Shown: piece after piece, positions 27,144-39,433 of the stretch
How positions within the stretch are numbered: the first letter of the stretch is position 1
How the letters are laid out: every line of letters starts with the position of its first letter
From: Bigelowiella natans CCMP2755
Taxonomy: Eukaryota; Protista; Cercozoa
DNA: 64,000 bases
Assembly (NCBI GenBank): GCA_000320545.1
Contig: ADNK01000005.1
Span: 1 to 64,000 of the forward strand
Direction: 5' to 3'
The notes under the pieces: generated by a model
Seen by the model: the letters and a program-made list of their open reading frames with translations, nothing else
Told to the model about the DNA's origin: nothing
Databases searched by the model: none
Position numbers and translations under genes: made by a program

Positions 27144-27777
27144 CAGGATATCGAAGAAGCAAAGAGGCGGGAGGGAGCAAGAATCGAAACTTTCTACGGC
27201 TACGCTGCATGGTTTGATGGTATTATTATCCGTAATCATTGCTGTTGTTGTTGTTGTTGTTGTTGTTGTTGTAACTTCTGGGCGAGATTAGTCTCCCTTT
27301 GATACTTATGATAAGATTAGAATATCTGATAATGAACGTTTCTTTCGTGTTGACTCGTCGTATGTCAAGCTCGTTAACATGTTACCGACACTAGCAATTC
27401 TGCGACGATGCTAACCGTCGTTGTCGTCGTCGTCGTCGTTGTTGTTGTTGTTGTTGTTTCTGTTGCATGCTGCTTCCGTGCACTGCCTACCTACGTACAG
27501 GCCAACTCGATGGCGAGATACGTAACGAAGATTGGACTTGGACGAACGACGTAGATTAATCGAAATTTTAAGCGAAAATAAATAATGATTCTGCCTGTCC
27601 TTTGGCGCGGCTAGCACCACAGAAATCATCAGTGCCATTACTGGGACCTTTATAGTTATATAATACACACACTCATATGGAGGACGAGCATGATATTCGT
27701 TAGAGTGAGGCCTGAAGTGACTATACAAGTTGTATTCTGCGGGTCTTTTTTCCTTCCTGGCGTGTCTCTGCAACACA

Positions 27778-27815
<38 letters not shown>

Positions 27816-28063
27816 GCATATATTAAGACCGTGATGAATCAAGGAGAGCCTGAGTGTGCCTTTTGCAGGTTACTGCAGATATTGTGTTCAGCTCCAACAA
27901 CGACGCAACGATGAGGGTTGGGGAAGAGGCAAAACGGGGGAGCTCGGAGGGGGGCACGGACGAAAAAGTAGTCGATGGTGAGGACGAAAAAGGTGTCCAC
28001 GGAGGGCTAGATGATAACCACGACAAGGATGACAATGAGGATGATGTAAAGAAGGTGAAATAG
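22493..28063 (+). CDS. TPR-containing multi-exon protein
   Basis: EEMRQKGNEK|FKEGKLEDALRTYHDG (24293-24620) is a typical TPR start, and ACILGDVAAILM is a second TPR-like helix. There is an acidic exon at 23471-23819, many small exons, and a last exon ending near 28061-28063. Confidence 0.55.
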
Positions 28064-28246
28064 AAGCACCTGCTACGGCATACACAGTGTGAGAACAACG
28101 TAGAACGGTGAATGTAAACTTTCACCGCCATAGCTGCACTCCAGGTATGCATAGCGACAGCATTTATAAAGGGCATATCGGCTGCGCTGCAGAGCAATGG
28201 TTGATGGCAAATACTTGATGATCGCGCTCTAAGAATAATGTACATA

Positions 28247-28800
28247 TGAGACGGATGTAATGTATTGATTAAATCTTTCCAGTGGTCATCCTGATGTAGC
28301 TGTGCAAAGCTACGGGTACAGCGCTTGTGTTATGTCTATTTGTTTCTGCCATGCACGATGTGTTTCGTGCATGCCGAAAGCGCACTTTGGCGGTCAATGA
28401 TGTCGTGCATTGCGCACAGCAGTTCTTTCCTCTTTTTCGGTGTCAATAATTAGCAGCTTTGTCTCGTCGTTGCGGTCCATGATGGCGCTCAATTGGTTGT
28501 AGCGCATTGTGCATATAACTTACAATGCGCTAGCGAGCAGCATCATAGCTCTACTACATGAAGCAAATGCAAACTTTAAATCGCATCATAGCGTGCTGTG
28601 AATCATGCAAAGAGGAAAATGTATTCAAAGAAGGCGTCACATCTAGCTAGCTAGACATGCTGCATAGAATAGCGCATAAGGAGACGGATGTAGTGAATGT
28701 TTTAATTATTTCGCATTGTCATCCTAATGTAGCTGCACAATGCTGCGGCTACAGCGCTTTAATTGTATCTGTTTGTTTCAGCCATCATGTGCAACATGCA
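28247..28800 (-). mobile_element. Two tandem minus-strand copies of the dispersed repeat 3' end (28247-28499 and 28681-28800)
   Basis: The reverse complements align to 41-290 and 190-287 respectively. The first retains NQLSAIMDRNDETK...AVRNARH. Confidence 0.7.
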
Positions 28801-28981
28801 TTACAATTTGCTGCTACGTTTCGAGGGGCTACAGCGGCAGACTTGGGTGAAGCTGTACGTTCAAGTTTAATGAGAGTGCGGTTTATATGACGGTTACAGA
28901 AAGAATTTGGCATGCTGGCTTTATCTATAATGGAGAGAGCTTTGACACATGTACTGCTACGTACAAACACATGCCATCTAT

Positions 28982-29369
28982 TTAGACATAAAATAGCAGA
29001 CTGTGATCATGATTTCCCATGACAAAAGTTTTCAGAGTCCATTGATCAAGTTGATCGCAGAGAACATCAGTGACAAACAAGTTGGGTGAGCAATATGGTT
29101 TTATCACAGCAGGCAACTATCCAATTCATTAGACTGCTGAATTTTGTATCCGTAGATGATATCGATCTCATTATCATCAAACAGCTTTCGGGTTAGTAGT
29201 AGTGCTCATAGAATCGGAGTTGAAAATATCATTAGCTGTCTCGAGGTCATCCTATACCATGTAAAAGAGAATGAGGTATTCCCCCACGTATTGAGCAGTT
29301 ACTATTAGAGACGATTGCTTCAAAATAGTGAGGAGGTAAGTTGGGGAGCGTTTCCGTATTGAAGTTATC

Positions 29370-29408
<39 letters not shown>

Positions 29409-29800
29409 CAACAACAACAACAAACAAATATAACCATGGCCCGTCCTCTCGTCACAATCTTAATAATTAATACCGTGAAAATCGCCTTTTCGTATTGATC
29501 TTTGATATGGACGTAAGACGCATCAGCACCGGTAGAGCTGCGCCCACGGATTTTTAGCGCGCTCAGTCGATTCTTGTAACGATCCTCCTGATCCAACTGC
29601 ACGCCTAAGCAACGAGATGAGTATGAGTATGGTGGTGAGAAATCGCGTCATTATCATCATCATCATCATCATCGTCGTCGTCGTCGTCATCATCTTCACT
29701 CATTGCTAATTGGAAGGACCGCACCACATCAACAAAATTCAAACAACTAGTCAACAATGAGAGGGGAAACCAGACACACAGGTCTACTCTCTCTGTATGT

Positions 29801-29835
<35 letters not shown>

Positions 29836-29963
29836 TATCATCACCATCTCTCTCCACAATTGGCGGACCGTCTACCATTGCTTGTGGCACGATATCCTGG
29901 GAATGCGGTTGGTATGCATATAAGTGTGATGGTGGTTTTGGAGTAGCAGTGGTAGTAGTAGTC

Positions 29964-29994
<31 letters not shown>

Positions 29995-30184
29995 AAGTAA
30001 TAGCAGTGGCGATGGTTGAAAGAATTGTGACGTCATCATACATACATACATACATGCATACATACATACATACATTTGATCTGGTCGCCATCAAAGGCGC
30101 CGAGACCTCGAACGTATTGCCCGAGCTCACAAATTCCTGTTGATTATTATTAGTTTGTTTCGAGTGGAACGTGTGAGACTTTGA

Positions 30185-30222
<38 letters not shown>

Positions 30223-30625
30223 ACCACCACCACCACCACCACCACCACCACCACCACCGACAACTATTCATCATCCGGATAAGTCATCGTGAACGTCAGA
30301 ATGGTAAACACATGATGTAATCATCACTGTCAAAGCTTAATTCTGTTACGGTATCTTCCCTTGGCATCGCCTCTTTTAGCAGTAATTAACAAAAACTAAA
30401 GACCAATGTTCCTGCTCTACTTCTTCTTCTTCTTCCTTATCTTCATCTACTAATACTAATGATGATGATGAACAACACAGGTCCCTTTATACTGCCAACT
30501 ACCTCCCCCATCAAAGTTTGAATTCTGTCAATCCCAGCATCCTCAGCGTCCCTTGTAACACACATGTGAAGAATATGCATATTTGTCATGAGAACTGGTA
30601 TATATAAGATATATTATGTGAGTGA

Positions 30626-30661
<36 letters not shown>

Positions 30662-31322
30662 GTGTGCGTGTGTGTTTTGTGGAATATAGGTATTACAAAA
30701 AATTTGTGTGTTTTTCGATAATAAATTGAAGTATATGAACAATTGCCATCTGCAAGCAGAGCATGAAGGAGTTCTCGATTTTCCTCCCTCCCCCCCCCCC
30801 CCTCTTCCATTTCTCCTGTCCTTACTCTAACATGTGGCCTGTGGAAGTACTGTTCTTATTCAGCCGCCGCCGGTGATGATGAGCACTTGAAGGCGATGCT
30901 TTTGATGACCTCGATGATGGTGAGGAGGAGGAGGAAGACGACAAGTGTTGCTCCTTTCCTCTATTCTTCGTGTCTTCAGCTCGTCTTCCCTTCCCAACAG
31001 CTTTAAATGACATGGATCGAGAGTCCTTGCTGTGAGGGGATGAGAAGGATGAGGAGAGTGAGAAGAAGAAGAAGAAGAAGAAGACGATGATGATGATGAT
31101 GAAGGAGGAGGATGGAATATTGAGATCAGTTGATAATGAAAAGTAGACGGGTACTTTAGAAATAAATCAATATAGAAATATCTAGGGAGGACGCAAAACA
31201 CCGACGAAGATTTCTCTTTCTGCACATGATGATGATGATAAAAGGGAGAATCCGCCCATGCTATGGCTGCTATGGATTGAGAACATGATGTTGATGAGGA
31301 TAATCATGATGATAATAATAAT

Positions 31323-31355
<33 letters not shown>

Positions 31356-31618
31356 TCTAACAACAATTTCATTGGAGAGGGGAATGCGTTGCACCTAAAC
31401 TTGGAAAACATAGCAGAAGAGTTCCGGCCAACCGTTCCAGCCGTGGGGGGATTCAGCAGCCGAGATAGGGCCATCAACGCCTCGCTCTGATGGCCATTTG
31501 TCTGATCATTATAGCAATTCATGTGCGTGTGCGTCTCATAGTATTTTCAGAATTTGTACTAGATGTTCTTGAAATGAATTTCCAACACCAACCTATACAA
31601 TAGTAGTGTAGTAGTAGT

Positions 31619-31657
<39 letters not shown>

Positions 31658-31665
31658 CACACAAG

Positions 31666-31703
<38 letters not shown>

Positions 31704-32276
31704 AACCCATGTATTACTTGACTACTTTACGTACATTGAACAACACTATTTTTACTACTATTATTATAACATTATGATCACTATTGAAACACCTGGCACT
31801 ACCACTAACACTACTACTCCTACTACTACTGCTACTACTACCGGAAATTCCATTGGGTGGGGAAGACCTTCTGATAGATGGTGGAGTTGTTGCGGTGAAA
31901 GAATTGCCTCCTGCACACCACCACTAGCGGCAGCAGCTTCCCCGGTGCTATGGTGTTGCTGGTAATGAGGTGCTTCCTCACCTGCCGTCGTATTCATACG
32001 AGAAAAGGGAGGAGGTCCTCCCCCTGCTGCAGCTGCCGCTGCTGGCTCACCGCCCCTCCCCATATAATTATAGCCTCCAAGACTTGGCAATGGCGGTAAA
32101 GCTAACGGCATGCTCGAGGAAGAAGACGACGATATGGGGGGGGAGAAACCTGGAGGAGAGATGATACGGTTGGTGCCGCCCCCCATCATTCTTCTTCTTT
32201 CTTCTCCTTCTCCCGTCAGGAGGGGTAGCTCGTTACCGCTTCGCGCAGGAGGGGCAGCAGCATCTCCATATGACAT
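28982..32276 (-). CDS. Multi-exon hypothetical protein with Pro/Gly-rich exon 31843-32276
   Basis: ORF MSYGDAAAPP...HPMEFP ends at a GT donor, followed by a series of GT-AG exons (e.g. GVQLDQEDRYKNRLSALKIRG). No domain recognised. An acceptor just upstream of the ATG suggests it may join the TSP1 exons. Confidence 0.4.
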
Positions 32277-32333
32277 CTCCTAACATAATGACAACACAAC
32301 TAAAATAAAGAAGCGACATGGAGAGCACGCATG

Positions 32334-32369
<36 letters not shown>

Positions 32370-32688
32370 CATGGTACTAAATGTTTATATGTGCGTGCAT
32401 TCGTCGCTACCGAGCTACGGTGATGCCCAAGGCGATAAGAGGCACCACCACCTGTGGGGAAAGGAGGAGATGGGAATCAGGGAGCAGTATGAGAGGAGGA
32501 GGACTTTATAGGGTGGGTGTAGATCAGCTGGGCGTGACGCACACACACACACACAAACACACACTACCTAAGATAGCGCTTTCGTCTATCGCTGGTACGT
32601 AGCGACCGCCACCTGAGGAACGTGAGGGATGTGTGTGTGTGTATGTGTGTGTGATAAGTTTCTTCTCTTCCTTTATTATTTAATATCA

Positions 32689-32730
<42 letters not shown>

Positions 32731-33115
32731 CAGCACACCACTAATTGTTTTCTCTTCTAGTTGGTTCAAGGGCGCGTTATTGTTCGCATGATATCAACAA
32801 CACGATGCTCCTCCGCTTCTAATCTGCCCCCCTCCCCCCCCCCTTTTAAGTTACCAAGAGGGGTGGAGTGAACAGGTGAATAGCGTTCGTGGGCGTCGTA
32901 GTAAACCACCTGTGGAGCAGAAGAGGCAAGGGAAGAGAGGAGGAGGAGTATGGGAGGTTATTGAGAAAAGCCAAGGAAGAAATGAAGTAGGTCTCTTTCC
33001 CTTATTCTTGCTGTTACTAGCCTCCTCCCGTCATCGTCGTCATGTGCAATCCACTAAATCTCTTCTCTTATCATTACTATCACTATCATCATCCTCATCC
33101 TCATTATCCTTAACA

Positions 33116-33930
33116 TCATCGAAATGTTATCACCTTGGCCTTTTTAGGTCCTCCCTCCGTAGTATTGCTCATGGTCTTCGTACCATTGTTGGTCTTGATC
33201 TTCGTACCGTTGTTGGTCTTGATCTGCTCCGATTTAGTGACACCAACCTCTTCTCCTTCTTTCTTGGGCGTCGTCTGCTGCTCCTTCTTCCCCTCGAGCG
33301 ACGTGCTCGATGGCGAAGAAGAAGAAGAAGAAGAAGAAGAAGAAGAGTTCTTCTTGTCCTCTTCCTTATTTGGGTACAGCATGGTTGTGGCCGTTGGCGG
33401 CTCTTCATACGTGCAAGGTGCTCCTCCTGGGCCCTCCGCTGCTCTCCTATGGCAGACTCTCATATACACGCCCTCGCAACCATACATTGGATTTACACAT
33501 GACCGAATTTGATGTCCCTGACCGCATTCAACGCTACATGGACCCCATACACCCCATCCACTCGCAGGCACTGCTCTCCCCCCCACCACAGCAGCAGCAA
33601 CAGTAGCATCAGGTATTGGGAAGGACCTGAGTTAATAAAACGAAGTGAGCCTTTTCTTTAGTCATGAAATCATCATTGGTCTCTCCTCCGCGGCAGGAGT
33701 GACAAGATTAAACGGTTTAAGATGAGCAGTAGTAGTTCCCTCTCTCTTCTTCCCCCCTCCTAGTATTACTCTTCATCATCACTTACTACCCCGTGCTGAG
33801 AGTACTGTTGGCTGTCGTGTTCAGTTTCTCCTCCTGCTGCTGATGGTGGTGATGGCTAGAGGAAGCTGCATCACCAGCAGTAATAGGAGGTTTCGATAAT
33901 GGAGTGCTGCCATTGACGTACTCCTTCAGT
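33116..33930 (-). CDS. Exons of a thrombospondin type-1 repeat protein
   Basis: WGVWGPCSVECGQGHQIRSCVNP..GCEG....VC at about 33450-33560 fits the TSP1 consensus WxxWxxCSxxCGxGxxxR. Confidence 0.7.
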
Positions 33931-34169
33931 CTAAGAATCAACAGTAGTACACCGACACCCCAACAAACACCCTTATCACGAATAATTCGTAGCAGCATTT
34001 CACACATTCACACACTTATGCACTACGTGCATGCGTTTGACTCTGCAGGAACAGCAGCTGTAGCAGCAGCAATGGTAGCATTTGGTAGTGTTGAATATAT
34101 CAATGTCTACAGTTTTGATGTCCTGATTGGCTATTCAGCGGATAATTGTTATTTGCCGTTGATATTATA

Positions 34170-35412
34170 AAAACAGAAAGATATCAACAAAGACAGTAAC
34201 GACTATCAACACACAAGCAGAGACAATCGTCGATATTGTTATTGTACTGTTCATGAATTAAAAAATGATGTGGAAATAGGTATATTGTACCCTTGAGCCG
34301 TACTGCGGAGATCGTCGAAATCCCTGTCCTCTGTTCCTGATGAAGATGGTAACCATATTGTGAATCGATATCGACGACGACGAGCGAGTACGTTCACCAT
34401 GGGGGGGGGGGGGGGGGAGTGAGGTGGAAAAGATATTAATTATAGAGGCCATGTCGACGAGAGCTAATTCATCTAAGATTTACAAAATGTTTGTAATTCT
34501 TGGTTGAACAGCTTACACTGACCTGAGGCTTTTGCAATGGCCGCAGCGCTTTCCCCAATGTCTAAATTAATTCCAATTCCACGAACTCTCATTAAACATG
34601 AATCCACAAATATATGATCATCTCTACCACCTTCCTCCTTTCAAAGTATTAACTGCTGTAAATATGTACCTTCGAGTGCTCTGTCTGCTTTTCTCAGCGC
34701 CTTATTTCCATGATCAGTGGCCTGCGGGATGCTTAAAGGACCCTCAATCTTTGGACCCATATCCTCCTCCGTTGGATCATCGCCTTTTACTGGCGTAACT
34801 TTCTTGTCCGATTTCTTCTCTTTCTTATCTCCTGGTTTTTCAACATCTTTCTTACTAGCATTCGTGGATGCCTCATCGTTTTTGCTTCCGCCATTTTTCT
34901 TCGCTCCAGTATCTTCCTTCTTGTTCGCCGCCTCCATGTCGCGGTGAGAGTGATGGGAGGAGGGCTTCGGAGAGGCCGATAGCAAAGTTCCATTCTTACT
35001 GTACGGGGGAGTCTCCGCGTTACCTGCTGCTCCATCTGTCTGATTGTCAGCATGGAGGTTGGTCGCACCGTCTCCATCTTCGAGCTGTACATCGCTTGCC
35101 TGGAGCCCAAAAGCCTTTGCAACCGCAAGGGAATATTTCTAAAGAGAAAAAATGTTAATCTTTGTATTATCGTCTGTTATTTGTATCTTCCATTTGTATT
35201 GTTATCTTCTGTCCCTTTCGCCAAACCCTGATTCTGGTCAAATAAACTAGGCAACAAACCTTGGTCAAAGATGGATCGAACATAGAATCAATTGTGCGGC
35301 TTAGTTCTTGTCTTGCTTCACGGTGCTCAAGCTTTCCGTTTACCCTCATTCCTCTGGCTACGAGAGAGCCCGAAAGAAGGAAGTAGCATGCGACTGCTAC
35401 CAATTTTTGCAT
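34170..35412 (-). CDS. Secreted or surface Lys/Asp-rich hypothetical protein, multi-exon
   Basis: Signal-like MQKLVAVACYFLLSGSLVARG. Exon 2 (about 34670-35138) is open (KYSLAVAKAFG...KADRALE). The 3' exons are uncertain, with a possible hydrophobic tail ending near 34170. Confidence 0.55.
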
Positions 35413-35987
35413 GGCGCCCGTAGGAATATCTATGGAATACCTTATTGATTTCCTTATACAAGTCTTTCAAGACTCTATTTCTATATGGAGAGTGAGTACC
35501 CACTTCCAGCTGTGGGGTATCGGTGAGTCTTGAATTGCCTTTGTCAAAGGGGTCAAGGGTAGAGACCAGAGACGTTTAGCGATTACAAGCTAGAATCGTC
35601 CCTTGCGACAGCCTTTTGTGTGTCCCTAACCAATTATTCAAATATTCAAAAAAGTAGAAAAGAAACCCGCTTTTTTCTTTTGGATTCACTTTTTTTTTCG
35701 TCATCGTCCACAGGTTTGACGCAGGCTGATATTTGGCAGCATTTCATCGACATGTGAAATTGTTACGAGATAAATGTCGCATTAGAAAAACGTAGGACTC
35801 GTAGACAACATTTACCATATTTTAATATCGGCAGGTCGGCAGTCGGCAGGGTATTGGATTCCAATGTTGCGGCTGCGACAATACTCTATGCAGCCATAAT
35901 GCAAAAATCCAGCCCATTTCTGTAAATTTAATAACTGATCAAAGTCGGAGCAAGCAAATTCTCATTCTAAACTGCGAGCGTGTGATA

Positions 35988-37016
35988 ATGGCTACCAACC
36001 CAGGCAAACAAGAAAAAGTGCGTGACTCGGCCTTTGCCATGGACTTTTGTTGTGCGGATCTCGAACGTTTCAATTTCTGTGCACATTCGCATCCAGTTGC
36101 TACCATAGAACTATCAATGTTATGGTGAACTTACGAGTACTTATTTCTTTGTAGTTTCCAACGTTCCGACATGTACATGCATAGGTTAATTGGTGTGCAA
36201 ATTTATTCGTTATAGACTGAGGAAGTAGTTGCTGTTGTCCCCAGTAAAGAAGAGGAGGAGGAGGTACAAAGTCACCTTTACTCATACTTTTAGGAAGCTG
36301 TCTCAAATATATTTCTTGCGTTGCCATCATCGCTTACATGATACTCTTCTTGTTTGACAGGATGCTGCGGCTGAGAGAGAAATGGATGCCGAGGAGGCAA
36401 TGGTCACCAAAGAGGAAATAGAAGAGGAACTCAAGGTAGGAAGATGGTGTGAAAGGGATGTAGCTCAACATAGATTCCTTCAGAATACCTCTGTTGAATA
36501 CATTTCTAATATCTTAGGATTTAAGGGACGAGGCTGAGATGACTGTAGAAGAGCTCCGAGCAAAGTTTTAAAACTTTAATCTAAACCAAGGTCTTTGCTA
36601 ATACGTTCCTCTTATAGGTATTATGGAGCTGCTGCCACAAACAACAACGAGGAGGAAGAGGAGGAGGAGGAGGAGGAGGAGGAGGAGGAGGATAAAAGTA
36701 ATGAAGCTGCCGAAGATACTGAAGATAAGGGATCAACTGAGAAAGACGATGAAAAAGAGAAGCCAAGCACTGAATCTGAAGCAGGTGAGGAGGTGAACTA
36801 CTGGTCAGCATGATGTGTGCCTGAGAAAGTTTCAATTTAAAAGGAAAAACGGAAGACAGTAAGACAGAGGGAACCAAAGCTGGAGAAAAACGAAAGGTGA
36901 ATGAAATTGTGACAGAGAATCATGATAAGTACTAAGGATCTATTCTTAATTATAAAAACTGTAAGGGTGTCGAAGAGTCAACGCAACAAGCAACTGCAAA
37001 AAAGGCTAAAGCATAA
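35988..37016 (+). CDS. Small very acidic nuclear protein, 7 exons, histone-chaperone-like
   Basis: Clean splicing gives MATNPGKQEK|TEEVV..EEEEE|DAAAERE..EEELK|DLRDEAEMTVEELRAK|YYG..polyE..|..GEKRK|GVEESTQQATAKKAKA*, with a bipartite NLS-like C-terminus. Confidence 0.7.
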
Positions 37017-37059
37017 TTAAGTAAATATAATTGGGATGTCACATCTAAAAGCCTACTGT

Positions 37060-37760
37060 AACATTATTTTATCATCATCATCTTGTGGCACATTGCATGA
37101 TGCCTAGCTGCTAGATTTCCAATCATATTCATAGTAATGGCTGGACAGTAATACCATTCATTGCATGATCGATAAAACTGGTACATGCTGCATGTGTGGG
37201 GTTGTCGCACGCGCGTGAGGTGGTGATGCTGCATGAAATCTGCGTACGTTGTGTAGAGCTGTGAAGTGTGCAAAGTGACTCACTGCTGTAAAGGCGCAGA
37301 TGAAGTATATATTCTCGCACACAACGCATCGCAGGGTTGTCAACATCATTCTTGCTCATGCTAGCATGCTATGTTGAATGATTGTGTGTGTGTGTATGCT
37401 GTGCTTTCATTCCACAGAGCTACATTTAGGTTTAGTTGCTGCAACTTGCAACTCATTATGTTGTATTCGATATATCGATACATGCAGCATTTAGGAACGC
37501 ACATGATCAAAATATGATCTAATGTGACACGTAAGCGTGCGTGCAGCAACAAGGGCTCACTCGCACTTAGACGTCTAGACGTGCATGTGTAAAAAGCAAC
37601 TACAGATATTCATATTGTCGCATACAGAATGAGATGATACGATCGATGCTGCATACTGCAGGTGCTATTTACAACTTTAATTACATTGTGCCTATAAAGA
37701 GCTCCATAGTCATAGCATGGAACAATTGACGATATGTGCATCTAGATATACAGCTACCTG
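37060..37760. repeat. Decayed repeat-like block rich in TGCA/CATG between convergent genes
   Basis: Same compositional signature as the other relic blocks. Short ORFs are Cys/His/Met-rich. Confidence 0.4.
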
Positions 37761-37787
37761 GAATCTAGTGGCATTTATTATTTTATG

Positions 37788-39018
37788 TCACACCTTGAAT
37801 TTCCGATCTACCCGAAACTTTTGAGGAAGCTCTGGGTATGGGTCAAAATCGACCGGAAGTTTGTCCGGGAAGTAATGATCATATGCAATCCATATTAGCG
37901 GTACCGTGTACCATGCAACCATAATATCAAGCGAGTAGTGCTTCCTCGCTGCTACTACAAGTAATCCGAAAAAGAAGACTAGTAACCATACCACTCGCCG
38001 AACCCATTTGAATGGGCAATACCTGAGGAGAAAGGGATCAGTCAAGTTCGAAACGTGCATTCAAAAGAATCAATTTTCTTCCAAAATCAAAGATTGAATT
38101 ATTACCCCAAATCCCTTTGGAAAATGAGAATGGTTTCTACATTTTATTTTACTTATACTTTCACTATTACTTGTGCCAAACGAGCGCGCACAGGACGACA
38201 AATATTGTGTGCGACGAAAACACAAGGTCCCCGCAACCGAAGAAGGCATCCTGGCGACCAAATATGTCCATAAGAGTTTTTGGCGGTGCATAATCTGGAG
38301 AATCTGGACGGCAGTGGTAGTTTGGCCCAGGGAGCGTTGTAACGAGGAAACACACAATCCGAAGGGTCTGAGCCAACACCAGTGTCCCGGCGAAGCGGGT
38401 GAACATGAGAACGAAGTACAGGTTTCGCCGTGGATAAAAGAACGGCGAAACCAGGAAGCCAATTGTCAGGAAAACACAAATAAAAAACATGATTTCGCTG
38501 ATGATCTGGAAATTTTTCGAGAGTGCGGGGAGCAGGTCAAATCCGAGATCCGTGAGTGGGGGACGTTGGACATGGAGGTAATAAGCAACATTTGTTGCTA
38601 CGCTGTGCACATACCTGAAATTAAAATGATTAATTTGACAGTGAATATGTTAGTTAGGTGGTAATTAGGGAGGCAGATAAAAAACGATCGAACTAAGGGT
38701 TAGGGTCACATATTACTGCCAGATAAGTGTAAGCAGCAGGAGCTTATAGTTCATTCGGAAGAGAATCCCCTCTTTTTGCCAATGCGTCAATGATGGTTTT
38801 TCCGTCAAATTTTCAACCCCAAAATTCTTTCCTAGGATATCAATCCTCGAACAGCTTTGCGTGGTTTTGATTGCTGGCTTAATGGGGTTCCTATGAGCGT
38901 GAGAGGAAACTATAAGCAGCTCTTTCGAAAACATATTCATCTGTACTGATCGAGATGAATTTCCCCCTATTTCCCGCCCGGCTTTGCCATCGTTTTGATC
39001 CAACCCCCAAATTGACAT
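37788..39018 (-). CDS. IPCS: Inositol phosphorylceramide synthase (plant IPCS/ERH1-like, sphingomyelin synthase family), 3 exons
   Basis: Motifs LTDLGFDLLP, TTLPGPNYHCR, GCGDLVFSSH (catalytic His) and ARKHYSLDIMVAWY (His/Asp), plus multiple TM helices. The start ATG is 39018 or 38940. Confidence 0.9.
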
Positions 39019-39433
39019 TCCCCTTGCTTCCTCCAAGGGGAGCTTGGAGTTGCTTACGATCGTACGACTTCCTCTCTATTCTTGTTTTTGACGACGTCGC
39101 TTGTCGGGCAAAAAGTTATGAAATGCCTTGGAAATCCAAGGTGACATACGGAATCCCAAAAAAACGGGTAATACAATGAAATATCCGGGATATCTCTATT
39201 TCTCCCGAATCCCGGTATTTCCATGAATTTTGGCTTTCACATTCCATGGCATTCCCGCCTAAAAAAAGAAAAGAAAATATCGGCGTATTAACCGTTTACC
39301 TAAAATGAATTGTCGAAAATGTCTTCTGTTTCACTGTAGCGACAACAAATGCACTCCAATTCTTAACTTCTTCTGCGACACAAAGCCAGAACTTCCAAAC
39401 GGCTTCCCACAATTTTTGGCCCCCTCCTTGACC
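39019..39433. promoter_or_regulatory. Bidirectional promoter region between IPCS and SMC2
   Basis: About 415 bp between divergent start codons, with a cluster of GGAAATCC/GGAATCCC/GGATATCT-like words at 39130-39260. Confidence 0.55.
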
